A stretch of DNA of 64,000 nt, from IMG/VR virus record IMGVR_UViG_3300031669_000010, positions 23,422 through 87,421 of that record. One strand, given 5' to 3'. A model generated the notes under the pieces. It was not told the origin of the DNA. It was given only the letters and a program-made list of their open reading frames with translations, and made no database searches. Source of the DNA: a virus. Its lineage: Duplodnaviria; Caudoviricetes. Below, one piece after another: positions 58,477 through 64,000 of this stretch (position 1 is its first letter; every line of letters starts with the position of its first letter). A program made the position numbers and the translations under genes.

Positions 58477-58499
58477 CTATATATATTAATAAGTGAAAG
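58477..58499 (+). promoter_or_regulatory. Putative early-type promoter
   Basis: CTATATATATTAATAAGTGAAAG. Confidence 0.7.
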
Positions 58500-58538
58500 A
58501 ATACAACTAACCATTTTTACTATAGGAGGGTACCACTC

Positions 58539-58886
58539 ATGGATGAAAAATTCGTTCTTGAAAATGAGGATTTGTCAACATTCGATTCAGGAGAAATAGT
58601 ATCGGTTAACGGTCGGGACAACATGGATGAGATCAAAGCAAGATACCCCAAATTGGAAATCATCATTGGGAAAGCAACTCCTGAAGACAAACCGGTCAGA
58701 CTGAACTTGCTTCAAATGGAATATGAAAGGGCACAGATATTCGACGCAGCCACCGATTCCATCTTGGGAAAACGAATTGATAGATTGGAAAAGGATCAGC
58801 CATTCCCATTCTCCGCAGTTACATTTATATTGGGCGCCATGCTTTCAGCATCGGTCTGGCTTTACTTCGGAAAAGTGTTTTATTAA
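58539..58886 (+). CDS. Small protein with C-terminal transmembrane helix
   Basis: AGGAGG RBS; hydrophobic C-terminus. Confidence 0.7.
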   Translation: MDEKFVLENEDLSTFDSGEIVSVNGRDNMDEIKARYPKLEIIIGKATPEDKPVRLNLLQMEYERAQIFDAATDSILGKRIDRLEKDQPFPFSAVTFILGAMLSASVWLYFGKVFY

Positions 58887-58960
58887 TAAGATTGAAGAAG
58901 CGGTATGATACCATTTGATATTGAATTATTCAATGTCCTGGTATCATACTTAATCTTCAT

Positions 58961-59055
58961 AAAGAAAGTGGGGAGCTAAGCCTGTGGGGATTCTTGGGTC
59001 GAGTCGCCTGAGGCCCGTTCCAGGAAAGCGATGACTCACCCCACTTTCTTTTTTT
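58961..59055. other. Multi-stem GC-rich structured element/terminator
   Basis: 13-bp outer stem AAAGAAAGTGGGG/CCCCACTTTCTTT plus internal GAGTC/GACTC and CCTG/CAGG stems. Confidence 0.6.
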
Positions 59056-59060
59056 GCCTG

Positions 59061-59987
59061 CTATATCGTTTTGCCGTAATATTTACCATTGAACATAAAT
59101 GATCCTTCGATTATGATAATGGTATATAGATTGAAGAAACCTGTGGCAGGCAAATGCTCTACAATTCCAAAACCGTTAACCCAATGGGTAGGAGCATTTT
59201 TCTTATAGTCCGGCTCAATATTACATAAACATGGAAGAGATGTTGCCATATGATATCCCCTTGAATCAACAGGTGAAATCTTTGTAAACATCTGCGGATT
59301 GTGAACATGGGCATATGCAATATTACCTTCAAATTCTTCTGCATGTTTTTTAGCATGATACATACCCCAATATCGTCCATGAATAATCATTAATTTTCCA
59401 ACCCTATGAACTCCATTGAAAGGAATAACCTTATACCCTCTATCATATAAGTTCAAATTAGTTTCGATGTCTAACATTCCTTCAAGTTCAGGACGTTCAT
59501 CGACATATGTTTTTATGCGATATTCATGATTTCCAATCATAAAAGTTCTTCGTATATCAGGTCTAGTCAAGTTTTCATGAACATTCAATATTTCCTTATT
59601 AAAATTATTATAATCTTTTATTAATCTTTGACCTTCTTTCAATAGAGGACGATTGCGATTCCAAAATGAAATACAATCAAGAGATAATTGATCTCCCATA
59701 TAGACCAACTCATCCGGATCATAATCAAAAATAAATTCATTCACAACTTCCATAGTTCTTTTATCACAGAAAGGATGATGAATATCTGGTAATAATACAG
59801 TCTTCTGAACTTGCCATGCAGTATCATCTAAATCTGTTTTTGCTTTGGTTCTTGTAATATATGTACCTGCATATTTAAGAACAGTCTTTTCTGAACATCC
59901 AACAATCTTAGCAATCTCTCTATTTGTTAGAGCAGTTGTCTCTGCTAGTTTCAATATCTCTGAACTATACTGACTCGATTGTGCCAT
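59061..59987 (-). CDS. HTH-fused calcineurin-like metallophosphoesterase
   Basis: TNREIAKIVGCSEKTV HTH; PDIHHP, MGD, GNHE, IHG, AHVH. Confidence 0.85.
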   Translation of the reverse strand: MAQSSQYSSEILKLAETTALTNREIAKIVGCSEKTVLKYAGTYITRTKAKTDLDDTAWQVQKTVLLPDIHHPFCDKRTMEVVNEFIFDYDPDELVYMGDQLSLDCISFWNRNRPLLKEGQRLIKDYNNFNKEILNVHENLTRPDIRRTFMIGNHEYRIKTYVDERPELEGMLDIETNLNLYDRGYKVIPFNGVHRVGKLMIIHGRYWGMYHAKKHAEEFEGNIAYAHVHNPQMFTKISPVDSRGYHMATSLPCLCNIEPDYKKNAPTHWVNGFGIVEHLPATGFFNLYTIIIIEGSFMFNGKYYGKTI

Positions 59988-60028
59988 AATACAATTTCTC
60001 CTAAAAAATAGTTAATTTAAGAAAGGCA

Positions 60029-60043
60029 TTTATATTATGTTCT
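60029..60043 (-). promoter_or_regulatory. Putative late-type promoter
   Basis: AGAACATAATATAAA on the minus strand. Confidence 0.5.
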
Positions 60044-60131
60044 CAAAAATAAAGTTATTGACCGAAAAAACGCTGAGATAATAAAAGGTTACAAGATTTG
60101 AACGAAGGAATGGTTAGAAACTGTGGGGGGG

Positions 60132-62837
60132 TTATAGTCGGATTCTGAAGCCGTCTTCTTGCAGGATGTAATCTAGATTAAACGGATCAGCACTTTCTTG
60201 TTGTAGAAATGCAAGATCATCAATTATTTCGATTTGAACAAGATCAAAACCGTGAGTACAATCAAAGATACCTTGTGTACCTTCAACATACACATAAGAT
60301 GTTCCATCTAACGCAGGCACACCATCAAAGTTTTCAAAACCACCTGATTGATAGTATTTATATTCTTCTGCTATGAGAGTTGCATCAAGAGGTTGAGACC
60401 ACATTAACGCATAATTAGGTGAATCTATTGGACTATCAAATTTTACCCTGAATCCATCAATGGCTTTATCAACTACAACAAAAGGAATGATTGATGAAGT
60501 TGAATCAACTGTATTTAATAGCGTAAGACTTACACCATAACTATCATTGACTTCAAATTGACTACCAGGAAATGCAACGAACACTTCAGTCCAACCAGGC
60601 ATAAGAGGTTCGACCCCTTGTTGAGCATGAGAAATTAAAATCCAATTTAGATAATAATTATTACTATCTATATCACCTGAGAATTTAACTGTAAAATGAG
60701 TTGATGTCCTTTCTACAATTGAATAAAAGTAAAATGATGGGTTTGCATCTACAGTATTTTCAAGACTCAAAGCAACTGTATATGCTGTACTGTCAATTGT
60801 TTCCGGTGGAGTAACAGCTATGGTTATACGATTGGTTCCGTCAGGAACATGTTCAATTCCTGAAAGAGTTGCATCGTCACTGTGATCATATGAAATTGAA
60901 TAAAATTCAGAATCCATAACATCTGAAAATTTTGCCGTAAATGATCCAGGAGATTTATCTGTAATAACATGCCCATATGTTGACACATTAGAATCCGGAT
61001 CATCGTCATTAAACATATTTATAGTTAAAGCATACCCGGGTAATGGTATAGTTCTGAATGTACCACTAACAATATCCGACCCATCATCAATGTTTGCAAT
61101 ATCAAATTCCATCGGAACATAATTAATTAATTCAGATGTAACAATTGGCGCAAAAGGAGCACCTAAATTACTTGCGTCATATACATCACCATAATATGCA
61201 GGACATCTTAAAGCAGTATGAATATCATCTTGAATTTCAATGAATAGTTCCTGTGGCATATCAGTAACAGCACCAATATCATGCCACGAACCACAATCAT
61301 ATGTTTCTCTTGAATAGAAAAGATTTGTAGATGTTGAATCAATACACACTGGAGTCGTTGAATCAATACCTTGATTTGTACAACATGGCATACTATCACC
61401 AGTAACAAAATCATGTATATCTTGCTCAACATCAAAAGAAAAACTATCTTCCACAATAATTGAATTGAATAGTCTATTTCTAAATTGAATAGTCTCAAGA
61501 GGAACTAATCTAGCTCTATATGGTTTCCAAAAATCAATCACATCTGATAGTGTAGCAAAGAATGAATCAAGACCGAATAGAATATAGCTCATATTAATAA
61601 AGCCATAACTAATATTGTTTCTTACCCATTCTCCAAGATCTCTAAGTAACGTACCCAATACAGTAATGTTATCCGCCGCAAGACCATCAAGTTGTGTTTT
61701 CACAGATGGATTAAGTATAGCTAAAACATCTCCGGCGTCTTCATGTGCTCGTAAGAAATTTTCATTAATAGCTCTTGAAAATGTTTCTACATAGAGGTCC
61801 CATCTAGCTCTCCATTCTGCTCTACTTGTAGCCTTCACCCCTGTTATTTCCGCAAACTCATCCATAATATCTGCTGCATCAACACTGGTTCCATCATAAC
61901 AAACAAAACGCTTAGAATCAGGTTTTTCTCCAACAGTAAACTCTTTGTTAAATGTATAAATGGTTGATAAATAAAGAGTTAACATTGATACGGTTTCGCC
62001 AAGAATGGTTATCACTGCATCTTGAGGAAGAACAGCAATAGTACCCTCATCTGGTTGTCCTGCATCATCCCATGTTTCATGTTGATCCTGAACTCGGCGT
62101 ACTAAGATACCGGTTGCAGCATCTGTAGCTTCCTCGTCAAACAATGGTTTAACTGAAAAGTATGGAGATTGAGATGGAAAGTTTATAATGTTTTGATTGT
62201 ATAGATTTCTTATTTGTGCTTCTGTTTGTAGCCAATGTGGATCACTATCAGTTAAGAATCTAAATGGTAGATATATTGGAGATTTATCCCCAGTTGTACC
62301 GGCTACAACTTTACCTTTGAAAACTAAATCAGACAGATTTTTAGATTCTCGTTCTTCAAATTGTAATTGCAATTCATAAACATCAACATCAGTAATTCCA
62401 TAATATTGAAGAACTTCAACTAATGCTTGAGGTGTACCTTTTCTTTTATAAAGGTTTACAAGATCAAGGAAAAACTCTGGCTTACCAGAAGGGGCTTCGT
62501 TGTTTGTCGGATCCCTTAAAATGGATGATAAATCATATCCAAAGCTTCTAAACAATTCATCTAATTGATCATTTGGAAGTTGATAAGGATCTGAAACATT
62601 GGCTTGAAAAGTTGTGAGAGTTCGATGAGTTGCATACCAATCTCGGAGAAAGTTCTTTGTTCTTTCCCAGTCTGGAGAATTATACGCAATTTGATCAATA
62701 ACGATATCCATTAGTCTCTGAGAAGTTGTTCTTTCGTTCTTAGCTATAGCTTTAACAGCTTCCGTAAGATCTGTGGTTTCGCCTTGAATCTCTCTGAGTA
62801 TTTCCCAGAATGCAGCCAAGTCAATACTATTTGCCAT
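60132..62837 (-). CDS. Baseplate/tail protein (P2 gpI-like core) with three C-terminal beta repeats
   Basis: LVNLYKRKGTPQALVEVL; three roughly 70-aa Y..(S/T)L...F..KF...DS..Y...(W/Y) repeats. Confidence 0.7.
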   Translation of the reverse strand: MANSIDLAAFWEILREIQGETTDLTEAVKAIAKNERTTSQRLMDIVIDQIAYNSPDWERTKNFLRDWYATHRTLTTFQANVSDPYQLPNDQLDELFRSFGYDLSSILRDPTNNEAPSGKPEFFLDLVNLYKRKGTPQALVEVLQYYGITDVDVYELQLQFEERESKNLSDLVFKGKVVAGTTGDKSPIYLPFRFLTDSDPHWLQTEAQIRNLYNQNIINFPSQSPYFSVKPLFDEEATDAATGILVRRVQDQHETWDDAGQPDEGTIAVLPQDAVITILGETVSMLTLYLSTIYTFNKEFTVGEKPDSKRFVCYDGTSVDAADIMDEFAEITGVKATSRAEWRARWDLYVETFSRAINENFLRAHEDAGDVLAILNPSVKTQLDGLAADNITVLGTLLRDLGEWVRNNISYGFINMSYILFGLDSFFATLSDVIDFWKPYRARLVPLETIQFRNRLFNSIIVEDSFSFDVEQDIHDFVTGDSMPCCTNQGIDSTTPVCIDSTSTNLFYSRETYDCGSWHDIGAVTDMPQELFIEIQDDIHTALRCPAYYGDVYDASNLGAPFAPIVTSELINYVPMEFDIANIDDGSDIVSGTFRTIPLPGYALTINMFNDDDPDSNVSTYGHVITDKSPGSFTAKFSDVMDSEFYSISYDHSDDATLSGIEHVPDGTNRITIAVTPPETIDSTAYTVALSLENTVDANPSFYFYSIVERTSTHFTVKFSGDIDSNNYYLNWILISHAQQGVEPLMPGWTEVFVAFPGSQFEVNDSYGVSLTLLNTVDSTSSIIPFVVVDKAIDGFRVKFDSPIDSPNYALMWSQPLDATLIAEEYKYYQSGGFENFDGVPALDGTSYVYVEGTQGIFDCTHGFDLVQIEIIDDLAFLQQESADPFNLDYILQEDGFRIRL

Positions 62838-62849
62838 CGTCTCTCCTTA

Positions 62850-63509
62850 TTAAGTAGTAGGGCAATTGTATAATAAATCAGGTCTTCGTTCTATCATAAA
62901 ACAAAAATATTGATCAATAAGATATGATTCATAACATGTTTCAAGAAGCCCACCTGTTGTTATGATCTGATCATTGTTGTACTCTTCAAATCTGCCATAT
63001 AATTTTAAGGTTAAATACAAGTATATCATCTTAGATAACTCTGTTGTGAGCGCGTCTAAGCTCGCATAAAGGATGTATATTCCGGCCGTTGCATCACCAA
63101 TGAAACTTACAGAAGTTGAATCAATAACTGTTAATGCAGTCCCGTCATTTCTGTATGCTAATAAAGCATCCAATGTTGCAAAGTCATCTGCTTGTAAATT
63201 AAAAATGTTTGAACCGTCAGGATCTAATTTCAAATACACAGCATATCCCGGATAAACTTGAAGTCGAGTAGCCGCAACTCTTGGTATACAAAATGCATTT
63301 GTTTCAGCAAGATAATTATACTCATAATCTGATTGCATGTATTCGTCATTAAATAACATACAAATAAATGAGTTTAATCCAAGGTATTCTACCGGAATAT
63401 TTACAGGAGGGGGAACTCGATATTTGTTAATCTTCGAGTTAACTACGAAGTTGTGGAACCAATGTTGCAACTCTGGCACCAATGAATAGGATGTTAAGGC
63501 TGTAGCCAT
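62850..63509 (-). CDS. Hypothetical structural-module protein
   Basis: GGAG RBS; co-oriented with baseplate genes. Confidence 0.65.
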   Translation of the reverse strand: MATALTSYSLVPELQHWFHNFVVNSKINKYRVPPPVNIPVEYLGLNSFICMLFNDEYMQSDYEYNYLAETNAFCIPRVAATRLQVYPGYAVYLKLDPDGSNIFNLQADDFATLDALLAYRNDGTALTVIDSTSVSFIGDATAGIYILYASLDALTTELSKMIYLYLTLKLYGRFEEYNNDQIITTGGLLETCYESYLIDQYFCFMIERRPDLLYNCPTT

Positions 63510-63512
63510 TCA

Positions 63513-64000
63513 TTACTCCCTCACGTCTGTTTGAATTAGATCAGCAGTACTCATCATATCAAGCATGTGAGTAAAAAGTGTCTCTGGATTATAATCGCTA
63601 AATGTAAAGGGTTTATCCTTTGGAACATCTGTGCTCCACTGTCCAGAGTGAAATCTGATCGCTTCTTCCATGACAAAGAATTGTTCCTCAGATAAAATCT
63701 TTTGGAATGTCTCTTTGTTTTGTGAAACCATATCCGCAGCATTCTTATCATGCGCTTTATCTGTATGTTTTCTGGTTCCTAATTCTCCATATTTCAAAGA
63801 GTCATGAAGCGCCACAGCAAATAAAAGTTTATCAGCATCTGTTGTTTTTGTAGTAATATTAAACATTCTAAACAGTTTAACTGTTGAAAACAACATATGA
63901 TAAACGTGCTCAGCTTGGACCGGAACATCGCCGTTATGTTTTTTATGATATTTACCGGTCGATGAAGTTGGTTTTGTCCAAGCGTCAGGCAATCTTGAGT
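63513..64000 (-). CDS. HD-domain hydrolase (5'-truncated by window)
   Basis: SSTGKYH, EHV, ALHDSLKYG, IRFHSGQW, DMMS. Confidence 0.85.
   Translation of the reverse strand, partial: SRLPDAWTKPTSSTGKYHKKHNGDVPVQAEHVYHMLFSTVKLFRMFNITTKTTDADKLLFAVALHDSLKYGELGTRKHTDKAHDKNAADMVSQNKETFQKILSEEQFFVMEEAIRFHSGQWSTDVPKDKPFTFSDYNPETLFTHMLDMMSTADLIQTDVRE

Noticed and set aside
58905-58979. 24-aa hydrophobic ORF MIPFDIELFNVLVSYLIFIKKVGS
   Set aside because: Weak RBS, and it runs into the structured element; support is insufficient
59005-59035. Hammerhead-like CTGA...GAAA words
   Set aside because: The core reads CTGAGGC rather than CTGANGA, and no stem II forms between the words
60105-60131. G-run and GTTTCTAAC word shared with the 18161 terminator region
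   Set aside because: The words are in a different order and short enough to be chance; no coherent repeat
1735-63751. Many 60-160 aa ORFs antisense to, or nested in, longer genes in the ORF track
   Set aside because: They are shadows of well-supported genes, with no RBS or recognisable motifs
1-64000. Stop-codon reassignment, as seen in some large phages
   Set aside because: Core genes are full length under code 11, and TAA, TGA and TAG all end genes at sensible boundaries

Overview
This window is 64 kb of an AT-rich, gene-dense genome from a large (jumbo-type) tailed dsDNA phage with a contractile tail. It uses the standard genetic code; I saw no tRNA or CRISPR array. Positions 1-32.5 kb are a plus-strand replication, transcription and accessory block: type IIA topoisomerase, SF2 helicase, SbcCD, QueD, FolE2, radical SAM proteins, and unsplit beta and beta' subunits of a phage multisubunit RNA polymerase. 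Positions 32.5-64 kb are a virion module (hub, terminase, tape measure, baseplate, tube, sheath) interrupted by small opposite-strand accessory islands. The standout is an apparently complete phage-encoded ubiquitin-like conjugation operon (E2-like, JAB/JAMM peptidase, E1/ThiF, Ubl ending ...AGKKG; 12149-17493). A second E1-like/E2-like pair follows it, directly upstream of the RNAP genes. Other notable items: six proteins sharing an N-terminal MKxKxDFVTNSS motif near radical SAM genes, a pilin-like gene, two putative promoter motifs in back-to-back pairs, a candidate +1 frameshift in the tail chaperone, and D-[SGA]-T motifs clustered in tail and baseplate proteins. All calls come from reading motifs by eye; no database searches were run.
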